From assembly GCA_027923505.1 (NCBI GenBank), contig BROI01000025.1, positions 62,001 through 126,000 of the forward strand: a stretch of DNA of 64,000 nucleotides. Reading direction: 5' to 3'. The position numbers and the translations under genes were made by a program. Below, in pieces: positions 10,549 to 22,397 of the stretch; position 1 is the first letter of the stretch; the number at the start of each line of letters is the position of its first letter. The notes beneath the pieces were generated by a model. That model was not told the DNA's origin. It worked only from the letters and a program-made list of their open reading frames with translations, and did not search any database. This stretch comes from Mayamaea pseudoterrestris (lineage: Eukaryota).

Positions 10549-13170
10549 ATGAAGCTACTCAAATTTGCGCGACTGAGCCGCACCAAGTCGGACGAAGTCA
10601 CGCCGCAAGTGTCCAATACTACGAGTACGGCGGCTGCAACTACCAGTGCCAGCAATGCAAATGCAAGTAATACGTTCCGCCGCGCCGCCAAAAAGACCAA
10701 TAGCAGTGGCAGTAGCTCCAACGATCAAATGACGAGTAGTAACGGAAGCAACAACAATAACACTGACAATAACGAAGCATCCGCAAACAACACCAGTGTC
10801 TTTCGCGTCACGGTCCCCCAAGGCGTGTCGCCGAACCAAGAGTTTCAAGTCTACGCCGGCGGACGCATTGTGAGGGTGCGGTGTCCGCCCAACGTGCAGC
10901 CGGGGCAGTCGCTGCAGATTACCGTGCCGCGGAGCAGCAGTGATAATGCGCAAAGTAATGGTAACAACAAGAAGAATAAGGAGCAGCAGCAATTGAGTGG
11001 AAGCAGTAGCCACAGTCATGACTATAATAATAATCAAGCGGCAGCGTCTGCAAATAACGCGTCACAGCAACCAAACAACAATCACATTGCCGACAGCTCC
11101 AACGTTTCCAAAATCGAGGGCGAGCCAAACTCGTACAATGTCACCATTCCCACTGGCTATTTGGGCGGCCAGCAGTTTCCCGTCACGATAAGTGGACAGT
11201 CGCTCATGGTGACGGTTCCAACCAACGCGCGGGCTGGCATGAAGGTGCGGGTGAATCCGCCGCCGGCGGCGGCGAATGGTAACATGGCAGCGGGAAGTAA
11301 CAACAACGAACTGTCATTTCCGAACAATAACGGCAAACCAAAGTCACACGACGCGGACAGTAATGACACGCAACTCTTCGAAGTCCAAGTCCCCGAGGGC
11401 GTCCAGCCGGGACAACCCTTCGCCTTACTTGCAGGCGGCGTGCGCGTCTTGGTCACCTGCCCCACCAACGCCGGTCCCGGCCTGCGGATTCGCTTCAATC
11501 TACCAAAGGCGCTCATGCACCAGCGCAAGGTGCCGCAGAACGAAGCCGCACTCATCAAATTGTCGTACGACAAGGATGGTTGGGCGCGCACGATTCGCGT
11601 CACGGACATGCGCTTCCAGTGGGTGCGCATGGACGACAAGGGTGACATTCATGTTAGCACGGAGCGGTTCGATCCCGACAAGTCGGCGTATGTGAGACAT
11701 TTGGAGTTTCGGCAGGGGAGTGACCCGCGCATACGTGACGGCATTTTGACGCTCGTGCCGGCGAACGAAGCGTTTGTGGCGAGCAGCATTAAAGGTGCCA
11801 ACGATCAGGAGTTGGTCACGTATGGGGATATTTGCGACGCGCAGGGACAAGCGTTCGAGGCCAAGGCGGAGTGGTTTAAGGAAAAGTGTGAAATGCTGCG
11901 GGTGGAGTTTACGGAGGGACACATGCGCATCAATGTGCGGCGCGCGCACTTGCTGGAGGATTCGCTATTGGCGATTATGAGTTTGAGTCGACGCGACATG
12001 CGCAAGTTGTGGCGGTTCGAATTCATTGGGGAGCAGGGAATTGATGCGGGTGGATTGGCGCGCGAGTGGTTTCAGTTGGTCACGACGGAGATTTTTGATC
12101 CGGACATGGGGTTGTGGCATTCGAGCGAGACGAACCAAATGTGCATGCAAATTAATCCAGCGTCGAGTGAGTACCATGTTTTGTGATTGTGTGGTGAATG
12201 CTGATTGCGATATTGGTTGAGTGATGAGCGAGACGGTCACGTCAGAGAAAAGAGATTGCATGTATCTTTAACACTTGCTAAAAAAATCCGCCCTCTTCCC
12301 ATCCGTACAGAATATGTTTGCGACGAGTATCATGTGTATTACCGATTCTTAGGTCGCATCATGGGCAAGGCTCTCTTTGACCAGCAGCTAGTCAATGGAC
12401 ACATGGTCCAATACATTTACAAGCATATTCTTGGCTGGCCCATTTCGTTCAAGGATCTCGTCATGGTTGACGAGGAGTTTTACAACAATTTAAAGCAGCT
12501 CAAGCAACTTGCCAATCATGGCCAAGACTTGTCGGCACTATGCCTCGATTTTACCACCACTGAGGAAGTCATGGACACCAAGGAGGAGCTGGAGCTCGTT
12601 CCAGGCGGATCCGATATTGAAGTCAACAATGATAACTTGCCCGAATACTTGGAAGCCAAGCTAAAGTACCGCATGCTTGATCGCGTCAAACCCCAAATGA
12701 ACGAACTACTGTTAGGGTTCTTTGACGTGATTCCCGAGCCGCTGCTCACAGTCTTTGACTTTCAAGAATTGGAGCTGCTCATGTGCGGTCTTCCCGTGAT
12801 TGACATGGATGATTGGATGGCGAATACAGAGTATTGCGGCGAGTACGAGAGCTGTGGACCAAATCACTCGGCCTGCCGCTGGTTCTGGGAAGTGGTGGAT
12901 GAGTTCGACCACGAGACCAAGGCTCGATTACTGCAGTTTGTGACTGGAACATCGGGTGTTCCGTCACGAGGATTTGGCGTATTGCAAGGGAACGATGGCA
13001 ACATTCGCAGGTTTACGATCAACGGGGTCAACGTTGACGTGTGCCTCTATCCACGCGCACATACCTGCTTTAATCGCATCGACCTCCCAATGTACGAATC
13101 GAAGGATGAGCTTCGCGAAAGGCTGAAGCTAGCAGTGACAATGGTTGCCACTGGTTTCGATATTGAGTAA
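10549..13170 (+). CDS. HECT E3 ubiquitin ligase (NEDD4-like catalytic domain) with N-terminal ~45-aa repeats; intron 12167-12310
   Basis: INVRRAHLLEDS, FIGEQGIDAGGLAREWF, RLLQFVTGTS, PRAHTCFNRIDLP (catalytic Cys); the GTGAGT...TACAG intron restores the frame. Confidence 0.9.
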
Positions 13171-13423
13171 ACGACAAATCTTTTTCCAATGGCACGAGTT
13201 TAGTAAATCATGCATTTTAAATACGTTATTATTATCATTTTGAAAATATCTGCAGCTTTCTCTCAGAAATCGGAAGGGCATAGCGCATGCCATTAGGACG
13301 CATTTACATCATCGCTATTAATACTCAACCCAATCGTCAAAGTTGAAGTCGAAAACAAGCTGCCAACCGGTACACTCAAGCTGGTAAATAATATATTATC
13401 TACAGTTCTTTTCTTTATCTGCA

Positions 13424-14823
13424 CTAACCCATCTGGGCAATCTGCTGCTTAAACTGCTGGACAGCCGGAATCGAGTGGGCCATTGGAGCTCGCTCAAAAT
13501 CCTCGTAATTCCACTGGATCGTCTTTTTCAAATTGTCGCTTGGACCTTCAACAATACGGTTCCGCTGCGCCTTGACAAACTCCTGAAAATACTGCCGGTA
13601 AGACTCCTGATTCAGCGAGTAACCCATGAGATTCTCCAGCGTGCTCTTGGTAAAGGGGACGCTTTCGTCCATTGCATCCAAGTCCTCTGGATTCATCGCA
13701 GCAACAAGCTGACACACCAAATGAAAGCCACGTGTGTACGGCAAGGCCGCTCCCTGATCGCGCAACACTTCGGCCGCCTCGTCCGCAAAGTCGTCCGACT
13801 CGGAGCAAAACGGACAAACCTCTTCCGCATCCTTCATCCATTCCACATCCTTGTCGTCATTCGTACACGACAAGAACGTGACGGGGTTACCCGATGGATT
13901 GGGTCGGTGCTTGAGCAGCTTGATAATCTCCTGGACAGCCTGGACGCCTCCATTGGGCACGCCGTCTCCAAAAAAGTAGCGCGCAATGCTGGCGCCCTGA
14001 CCGCGCCCAAACGAGTCCTTCAACTTTTCCAGCGCCGGAGTCGTGCCGGATGGACCACGCGCAAAAACACTTTCAATCTGCCCAAACGCATCCGCCAAGA
14101 ACGTCTTTGGGTCGCGTCCCTGCCTTGTGAGCGAAATGCGGTCCTGGCGGTTCAAAAACTCAATTCCAATCTGATTGAACGGAACATAGGCCAAAATCTC
14201 AATCATATCCTTCAAACGATCCTTGGCTTCCTTCCAGCGCGTGTTTGGCTGACGCGTGACTGGGTCCGTGGTATCGGAAGCGCACTGCATCGAGCCGGAA
14301 TCGTCGACAATGAACTCCAACGAGTCAAACTCGGTCAGCATAATGAGCTTGTTCATGAGGCCAATGGGAACTTCGTACTTGCCCAAGACACTGCCGAGTT
14401 CATCAACCATGGTTTCGGCAGTCACTTTCGGAATAAAAGTGAAAGATTAGAGAGTCAGAGACAGATTCGCGAGTAAGTACTCGGCAGCAAGCGATCCCTT
14501 TTCATTCGCTCTCGCTCACGCTCACTCTCAACACCAAATCTCGCTCAGTACTCACTTCCAGCGGCAACACAAATCTCAGGTTCCTGCACAAGCTCAATCG
14601 CAGCATTGGTCGACTCGGAGAGTGGTGTATCGGTCCCAAAATTGTCATTCATTTGCGCGTAATCGTCCATGGACGAAACCACCGGCAGCGCAACATCGGG
14701 TCGAGCGACGGTTGTGGCGGGAGCACCACCCGACTGCTGCTCCTGATACATTTTGAACTCGGGGTTCAACTTCATGACCCCATTGATCTTGATGTACTTT
14801 TTAGGAGGAGTTCCAGACATCAT
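13424..14823 (-). CDS. vWA-like domain protein; intron 14425-14555
   Basis: FIVDDSGSM (MIDAS DxSxS), GTTP, FFGDGVP; exon 1 MMSGTPPKKYIKINGVMKLNP.. is joined by a GTGAGT...AAG intron. Confidence 0.75.
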
Positions 14824-15103
14824 GGTGATATATATATAGTTTGGTAATACCGGTAGATGGAGAGAAAGTGACAAAAGATTCGATGCGGCGGCAACGACGA
14901 AACGGATCGCACGCTTTTTGCTTCCGCGAAACGGCTGCCATAACGCGCGCCCAACGCGCGCCAAGACTCGAACGTCATGCGGGACTTGCATCCCTTTGCT
15001 CGAACTACACGCAACTTTGATTGTTAACTGTAAGCAATACATAGTTTATGCCGTGCTTGATGTGTAAAGGTACTATCTATGTACTATGTGGTGGTCTAGT
15101 CTA

Positions 15104-16179
15104 TCACTTACTTTTAGTAGCTTCAACAATAAACATGGGATCGCGATAAATGCTGCCTGGGACAGTGGCAGTAATGTCAAACGCCTTGCGTGGTTCATCG
15201 AAACCACCGGCATACTGAAAGTAGCCATTGATAAGCTCCAAATGCTGTCGGTCGTTCATGCTGAGCCACATTTTGATTGCCTTGGTGGGAAAGCATCGAT
15301 TCGACTGCGACACTATCATTTTGCCGCCGGGGCGCAACACGCGGTGGACTTCCTTCAATACCTCCACTGGATGGATCAAATAGTCAATGGACACGACGCA
15401 CGTCACCACGTCAAAGCTATTATTTTCATATGGCAACTTTGGATCCACGTTGAGATCGACTGCCTTGTATCCACCCGTCAATTGATCGTTGAACGACAAC
15501 TCCGTCCCACTGATGCCCGTCGCACAAATCTTGTGCATCGTCTTTGGAAACTCCAACGGATAGTGACTCACCCAGCTGGAGCAAATATCCAAAACGTCAC
15601 TACCAGCTGGAACGTTGTTGCGGTAGTACTGCGTCAATGCCGCCACGGCGGGTTCGTCAATGTGGTAGACGAGCTTGGGAAAGGCGTAAAACTGCGCGTC
15701 GCTCGATGGATCGGAACGATCAAAGTCTTGCTGGCGAAAGGGCCATTCTTTCGGCCACTCTCTCACGAGTGAGACTGGTCTGTGTGAAGAAAAGATGGGA
15801 GCAGTGGTTAAGAATGTGATTGCGTCTCTCGAACATGCCAATGGTTTACTCAAGATACATACTTGACTGGAAAGGAGTAGGGCGTCGAGTCACCCGTGAA
15901 CCTTCGCACCAGCATTCCCCTCGTCCTTGGATTGTCAGCAGTTCCACCACCACTACTCATTTGCACCTCCTGATCAATGTATCGAGGGTTGTTTGCAACT
16001 GCCTCTGCGGCTTGGCAAGTCTCGGGATCGGCTGTCGTCATGACGACTGCGGAGCACGCCGCGACGAATCGAGTCGCCGACGATGACAGAAATTTGGCAC
16101 GATTCTGCAATGACATGCAAGTGACGGACTTGATGCAGCAACATTGCAGCACTAGCAGAAATGGCCAATGGAACCTCAT
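15104..16179 (-). CDS. Class I SAM-dependent methyltransferase (type 11) with N-terminal signal/transit peptide; intron 15780-15862
   Basis: DAQFYAFPKLVYHIDE, VLDICSSWVSH, FDVVTCVVSIDYL, HRVLRPGG, SNRCFPTKAI; hydrophobic N-terminus. Confidence 0.85.
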
Positions 16180-16420
16180 GGTCGAAATCGAAAGATCTGA
16201 CAGAGAGCGAAGGTGAATCGCGCTTGAGCAAACGAATGACCTGGAAAGGTCGTACCGGTTTCAATCGTGAAAAAGAAAAGAAAAATGACTACGGTACCGG
16301 TATGACGTCATTCACAGTCACAAACAACATGATCCAAGATTGACCTGCCGAAACGACCATGACACTTTTGATCTTGGTTCTGGAATCGAGACAACGGATT
16401 AGAGACGAACAAATTGCAGT

Positions 16421-17077
16421 ATGTCATTAAGAAAGTGTCAAATTGTTCTACTGCTTTCAGGCTGGTTTCAAGCTGCTGTCTGCGATGCAAATCAAGTGTC
16501 TGCCATCAACCTTCATCGGCACATGCAGGAGTCTTCGCAATCCGACTATGACTTTTATTGTCAAGAGTTTGAATCCATCTATGGAACCTGCGCCTGCACA
16601 TCCAATCCTGACGCCGCGCTCGGCGTCATTTCAACCACGGCGTTCGTCTCGTGCACGCCGCCAAATTTAAACGTCAATGCCAACTTTACCAGCAACGAAC
16701 GGTATCTCTCCACTTTAGAGTATTGCAACGACCTTACAGATACTTGCATGAATGTCAACTTTGCGCAAGATGGATCAGTCAACGACTGCAACGTCGAATA
16801 CGTTGTGTCGGGTCAAGCGCTGGCAGCCTGCTCGAGCTGCGCTCCCTGCACGTCTGTTGACAATAAAAATGTCATCTTTCAAGGCTTTACCATTGACTGC
16901 AACAATGTTTACGCGAATGCTTCGCGCGACGAATGCACGCCGCCGATGGAGTTGCTGCAGTTTGATCCGTTTGTGAAAGACGAATCGGGAGCAGCTACGA
17001 GCGCCAATGCTTGGTCAATGTGGAGCATGGTTGTGACATTGGTTGCAACATTCGCAATTACATTTGCGCGCATTTAA
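16421..17077 (+). CDS. Small secreted Cys-rich protein with a C-terminal hydrophobic (GPI/TM) tail
   Basis: Signal-like N-terminus, many Cys, SGA-type omega-like site followed by a hydrophobic C-terminus. Confidence 0.7.
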   Translation: MSLRKCQIVLLLSGWFQAAVCDANQVSAINLHRHMQESSQSDYDFYCQEFESIYGTCACTSNPDAALGVISTTAFVSCTPPNLNVNANFTSNERYLSTLEYCNDLTDTCMNVNFAQDGSVNDCNVEYVVSGQALAACSSCAPCTSVDNKNVIFQGFTIDCNNVYANASRDECTPPMELLQFDPFVKDESGAATSANAWSMWSMVVTLVATFAITFARI

Positions 17078-17298
17078 CTTCAGTTATACTCTCATTAAAA
17101 CTTCTGAACAATTTATCTTACGAAATGCAATGCGTGCCACATCTTTATTTACGCCAAATACATCGATTTGTGCATTTCGCTACAATAAGGCAGGTGTTGC
17201 AATCTGGCGGAAACTGATCCATCTTTTATACAACATCGGGCCACTAGAAGATGACCACGCAATTGTTATTAGGGATCATACTCGAATCTTTGCATGCT

Positions 17299-18795
17299 TC
17301 AAATTACTTGTTTGAGACAGGCTACTGCCAATAGGGCAGCGCCATAGCTAGCTTCAGTATTTTCGGCGCGCATAATAACTAATGAGTCCTCACCAAACGC
17401 TTGTCGAAGTCTTCGTTGGCGCATTTTTATCCACACGTCATTGCGAGATCCACCCCCGCATGTTCTGACAACAGTTGGTTTGTTTGGAGTTGCCCCAAGC
17501 CGGCCCAATGCCAAGAAGCCATCTCTTTCCACGTCACTAATGCCTTGAAGAATACCGTGCAGAAAGTCGCGTTTATTGTCGGGCCGCGGTTCCAAGATTG
17601 GTTCTTTGCTACCATCAGCTACCGGGAAGCGTTCCCCTTTAGTTACCAATGGATAGTACTGCATAGGACTGTCTTGCATTGGATCAATATCCTGGCTGAG
17701 ACGGTCAAGCTCGTCATTTGTAAACTCAAGCTGCCTCAAAATGGCGCATCCCACGTTGGAGGCGCCCCCAGCCAACCAAGCTTCCTGCGCTGGATCGCCA
17801 CCAAACGAAGATGGGAAGCGATGACTGTAGACACCAGTCAAGGAGTCTTCAATGTAGGTGCTGCTAAGTTGCTTAATAGCCAAGGTTGAACCCAGCGACG
17901 TAACTGCCGTCCCCAGTGGTGGCTGAGAACCAACTGCTGCAAAGAATGCTGCGTTTGAGTCCGTCGTTCCTCCAGCAATGATGCAATTTTTTGGTAGACC
18001 ATACCGATCAGCCATGTGGTCTCTAACCGTGCCCAAGGGGTCACCTGGTGACACGACGTTGGAGGGTAAGACTTCGAGTGGAATGTGGGCTGCTCGCAGT
18101 AGTTTCGCCATCCATTCAGGCCATTGTAAGGCTCGCACATCGTACCCAAGCTTCAAGCAATTGTGCCAGTCTGAGGATACTGTATTGGTTTGATTGGATG
18201 GATCGCGGCAGAATTGTAGTGCGACATAGTCAGCTTGATGACAGAGTCGTTCGCTTGAAGCGATGAGCCTGTCCTCATTCCACGCTAAAAGCTTTGCCAA
18301 ACTACCCGTTGCGCTAACCGCAACATGGTTTGGAGGTGCATATTGCTCAAATCGTTTCATGGCTTTGGAACCATATTCGCCAGCACTGCTGACAACATTG
18401 TAGTTGTACATGCATGTTGGGCGTGTCGGCATTGCGGTCTCAGCGTCGACCGTTAAGCAACTTGCCGACGTTCCAGAGAAGCAAATGGACTTGACTGATG
18501 CCATAGGAACTGAATTGGAAGCCTCGCTCAAGAGCGAGTCAATTGCTTGCATCCATGCGTCCGGACTATCAAAGTCAGATGTCAGATCCCAAGCCACAGC
18601 CGTTGTATAGACTTCCGTCATATCATGAGTAGAGACGACAGATATCCGAGCACCCGAAGTCCCAAGATCAAATCCTACTGAGTAGCTTTGCGATTTTTGC
18701 ACGGAGAGTGCCATTGTTTGAAAAATGAGGGCAAGAAAAAGAATGCCGATGTAAACAATGCGCGAAAGAAAGACCTTAGTCATACATCTTCCCAT
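17299..18795 (-). CDS. FGGY-family carbohydrate kinase (D-ribulose/xylulose kinase-like)
   Basis: GFDLGTSGAR, SGTSAS, HQADY, SDWHNCLKLGYD, GTTDSNAAF, SLGSTL, GGASNVG, GERFP, GGGSRN, EASYGAALLA. Confidence 0.9.
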   Translation of the reverse strand: MGRCMTKVFLSRIVYIGILFLALIFQTMALSVQKSQSYSVGFDLGTSGARISVVSTHDMTEVYTTAVAWDLTSDFDSPDAWMQAIDSLLSEASNSVPMASVKSICFSGTSASCLTVDAETAMPTRPTCMYNYNVVSSAGEYGSKAMKRFEQYAPPNHVAVSATGSLAKLLAWNEDRLIASSERLCHQADYVALQFCRDPSNQTNTVSSDWHNCLKLGYDVRALQWPEWMAKLLRAAHIPLEVLPSNVVSPGDPLGTVRDHMADRYGLPKNCIIAGGTTDSNAAFFAAVGSQPPLGTAVTSLGSTLAIKQLSSTYIEDSLTGVYSHRFPSSFGGDPAQEAWLAGGASNVGCAILRQLEFTNDELDRLSQDIDPMQDSPMQYYPLVTKGERFPVADGSKEPILEPRPDNKRDFLHGILQGISDVERDGFLALGRLGATPNKPTVVRTCGGGSRNDVWIKMRQRRLRQAFGEDSLVIMRAENTEASYGAALLAVACLKQVI

Positions 18796-19050
18796 TCTCA
18801 GCCCTCAAAATCGTTTGATTTCCTCTCGCACACTGTGTTTGGTGCTCTTGGACTCATTTCTTGGCCAGTTGAGCTGCCGACAACCCTCATGGTGAGTGAC
18901 GTTCCTTGCTCGCGCATTTTTTTCTCATTGAAACGTCATCATGTCGCAACGTTGATTGCGTCCTTCGCCAACGAGAACGTTTTGCATGCCTTCGCGGTTC
19001 GTCAAGCTAATCTCTTGGTGTTTGTCGTTGTATTGTAGAACCAAAAAGCA

Positions 19051-19620
19051 ACACATTCGCGGAGCGGGGAGGTGGTAGGATCAACGGTTCAACATGGAAG
19101 CAAGGGCTTTCACGCGCTTCGCGCGCTAACCCCTATCGGTACAAACAATGGGAACGCTCTAATGAGATGCAGCAGGTTTTGCATATACTAGACAATTATG
19201 CAAAGCTATGGCATATGTATTGCTGCATGTATGAAGTGATTATTAAGGGTTCAAAGACTTTCGCGCGCTTCGCGCGCATGTACAATTACCGTAGGCAATG
19301 GACAGAGTAGTTTGGGATCCTTCAAAGCCAGTCTACCGGTAGATCAAACAAAACTGCGTGGGTTTAGTAATGAGAGAACTAACAAAGTCAAGAAAATGAC
19401 ACATACCATAGTATTGTGTCCATTGTCTCCATACCGGACCATTGCGTCCATTGTCTACATACCTATCGGAATGGGTAGTTGAAACTGCTTCGCCAAAGGT
19501 AGGAGATGTCGTAGAACGACACGGTCATTTTGACGGTCATTGCCTTACAAACTTCATATTGTCGCAGCGGCAGTATCACACAATTAATCTCGTGGAGCAT
19601 GTCCGGAGAGATCCTACCAC
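19051..19620 (-). mobile_element. Older, longer (~570 bp) non-autonomous mini-element with both Helentron termini
   Basis: Starts ACACATTCGCGGAGCGGGGAGGTGGTAGGATC and ends AATTAATCTCGTGGAGCATGTCCGGAGAGATCCTACCAC, matching the termini at 22146 and 30795. Confidence 0.7.
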
Positions 19621-19950
19621 TAAAAGCAAAGCACAATGGCATCATCATCAATGTAACCGACCATCCTTTTGTTACTGCAGAACAAGACGAACCCTGGAAA
19701 GGCGGCCACTGTACTAGTACAATGTCGCTGGACTGGCGTGCCGAAACGTTCGGATGATGTCATAACGAGCCGGCCAGTCATTGATGATTGCTCGCCAACT
19801 CCCACTCGTTCCGTTCCATTCGTTGTGGCAAGCCAGATGCACTCGCGCATCAACACTAAAGATGTCTCAGCAATGGTCCTGCCTCGTCTTACACTCCGCA
19901 AGTACGACTTGGCAGTGGTTACAATCCCCGATGCAAGGATGGATCGAGAG

Positions 19951-20321
19951 GCAAAGCTATGGCATATGTATTGCTGCATTTGGAAGTGAAGTTATTAAGG
20001 TTAAGGCAAGCCAAACACTCGCGCTCAACACTGTCAAACGAAAGACAGTAATGTTGACACTGGCCCTCAAAGCAATGATTTGATGGTTGATGCCAGCAGT
20101 TCGTGTCGATATGGACCAAAGGAGAGGCTAGATATTGCACTAATTGAGTGGTAATCAATGGCAATTTGACAGCATACTACTAAAGTGAAGCAATGTGTTT
20201 TACATAGCTAACATGGTCATTGTGAGGGTCATTGCATGCGCCCGAGGCGAAACGTCATGCAGTCGCAGCGGCAGTATCACACAATTAATCTCGTGAAGCA
20301 TTTCCGGATAGATCCTACCAC
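19951..20321 (-). mobile_element. Truncated mini-element (lacks the ACACATTCGC terminus)
   Basis: Shares GCAAAGCTATGGCATATGTATTGCTGCAT with 19200, shares its body with the array units, and ends GATCCTACCAC at 20321. Confidence 0.6.
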
Positions 20322-22145
20322 AAACACATTCGCGGTGCGGGGAGGTGGTAGGATCAATGGTTTCACAAAGCCTGCAAAGACTTTTGCGCGCTCCGCGCGC
20401 GCAAAGACTGTCAAACAGTAGACACAGTGGTCTTCAAAGCAACCATTTGATGGGATGATGCCAACAATTCTTGTCTATATGGAACAAACAGAGAGGCTAG
20501 AGGTTGCAGTAATTGAGTGCAAATAAATGACTCATTGGGAGCAAGTACAGCATTGTGTTTGGGGTAGCTAACACGGTCATTGTGAGGGGTCATTGCATGC
20601 GCCAAAACCATGTGACGTCAACTACGTCGCAGCGGCAGTATTCCAATTAATGTCGTGAAGCATGTTTGGATGTATCCTACCACAAACACATTCGCGGGGC
20701 GGGGAGGTGGTAGGATCAATGGTTTCACAAAGCCTGCAAAGACTTTTGCGCGCTCCGCGCGCACAAACATTGCCAAATAGTAGAGAGAGTAAAATTGATG
20801 CTGGCCTTCAAAGCAGCCATTGATGGGTTGATGCCAACAATTCTTGTCTATATGGAACAAAAGGAGAGGCTAGATATTGCAGTAATTGAGTGGTAATCAA
20901 TGGCTCTTCAGAGCATAATCCTAACGGAAAGCAATGTCTTTGGGATAGCTAACAGGGTCATTGTGAGGGGTCATTGCATGCGCCCTAAGCCTGACGTCAT
21001 CTGCGTCGCAGTGGCAGCCTTCCAAACACATTCGCGGGGCGAGGAGGTGGTAGGATCAATGGTTTCACAACGCTTGCAAAGACTTTTGCGCGCTCCGCGC
21101 GCACAAACACTGCTAAGTAGTAGATACAGTCAAATTGACACTGGCCTTCAAAGCAACCATTTGATGGCTTGATGCCAACAATTCTGTCTATATAGAAGAC
21201 AAGGAGAGGCGAGATATAGCAGTAATTGAGTGTATAACTCTTTGAGAGCATACTCCTAACAGTAAAGTAAGGCAATGTGTTTTGGGATAGCTAACAGGGT
21301 CATTGTGAGGAGTCATTGCACGCGCCGAAAGCTTGACGTCATATTTGTCGCAGTGGCAGCGCACCAATTAATGTCGTGAAGCATGTTCGGATGTATCCTA
21401 CCACAAACACATTCGCGGGGCGGGGAGGTGGTAGGATCAACGGTTTCACAAAGCCTGCAACGACTTTTGCGCGCTCCGCTCGCACAAACACTGCCAAACA
21501 GTAGAGACAGTAATATTGTCACTGGCCTTTAAAGCAACCATTTGATGGTTGATGCCAACCTTACTTGTCTATATGGAGCAAAAGGAGAGGTTAGAGATTG
21601 CATAAATTGAGTGGTAATCAACGGCGCTTTGAGAGCATACTCCTAAAGTCTAGCAATGTGTTTTGGGATAGCTAACATGGTCATTTTGAGGGGTCATTGC
21701 ATGCGCGCAAAGCTTGACGTCATTCACGTCGCAGTGGCAGCCCTTCCAATTAATGTCGTGAAGCATGTTCGGATAGATCCTACCACAAACACATTCGCGG
21801 GGCGGGGAGGTGGTAGGATCAATGGTTTCACAAAGCCTGCAAAGACTTTTGCGCGCTCCGCGCGCACAAAGACTGTCAAACAGTAGATACAGTGGTCTTC
21901 AAAGCAACCATTTGATGGGTTCATGCCAACAATTCTTGTCTTTATAGAACATACAGAGAGGCTAAAGATTGCAGTATTTGGTGCAAATTAATGGCTCTAT
22001 GAGAGCAAGTACAGCATTGTGTTTGGGGTAGCTAACACGGTCATTTTGAGGGGTCATTGCATGCGCCGAAAGCTTGACGTCATCTGTGTCGCAGTGGCAG
22101 TATGCCAATTAATGTCGTGAAGCATGTTCGGATATATCCTACCAC
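20322..22145 (-). repeat. Tandem array of five diverged non-autonomous mini-Helentron units (starts 20322, 20684, 21024, 21405, 21787; lengths 362, 340, 381, 382, 359 bp)
   Basis: Junctions read ATCCTACCAC-AA-ACACATTCGCGG(G/T)GCGGGGAG-GTGGTAGGATC (left half deleted at 21024); units are homologous along their whole length but not identical. Confidence 0.9.
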
Positions 22146-22397
22146 AAACACATTCGCGGGGCGGGGAGGTGGTAGGATCAACGGTTTTTTTTGTTACTGC
22201 GGAAAGTATTGCTACCACTGAGTTTTTACATTGATAACGTTTCACTATTTTACTGTCACTAGTTATGCCTTTGCAACCAAGAGCTACATATATTGTCGTT
22301 CCATTTACTCCGTCTCACCATTTTCCGCGCCATCGTTGACCACTCCAACCGAAGGGAATCCCAGCTGGGCGGCGAAAGGATGGTTGGTTGGACGGCT

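Noticed and set aside
13475..14476. 333-aa + strand ORF
   Set aside because: Antisense shadow of the vWA-like CDS; no recognisable motifs
19044..19628. AAAAGCA on both sides of the 570-bp unit as a TSD
   Set aside because: Low-complexity and offset by one base; rolling-circle elements generally make no TSD and none flanks the main element
20322..22185. CRISPR-like array (conserved ~40-bp repeat at regular spacing)
   Set aside because: The intervening sequences are ~320-340 bp and homologous to each other rather than unique spacers; no cas genes; eukaryotic context; the repeat equals the transposon termini
19442..22245. Many short ORFs (e.g. VKPLILPPPRPANVF peptides) across the array
   Set aside because: Frames and stops differ between units; by-products of the repeated non-coding sequence
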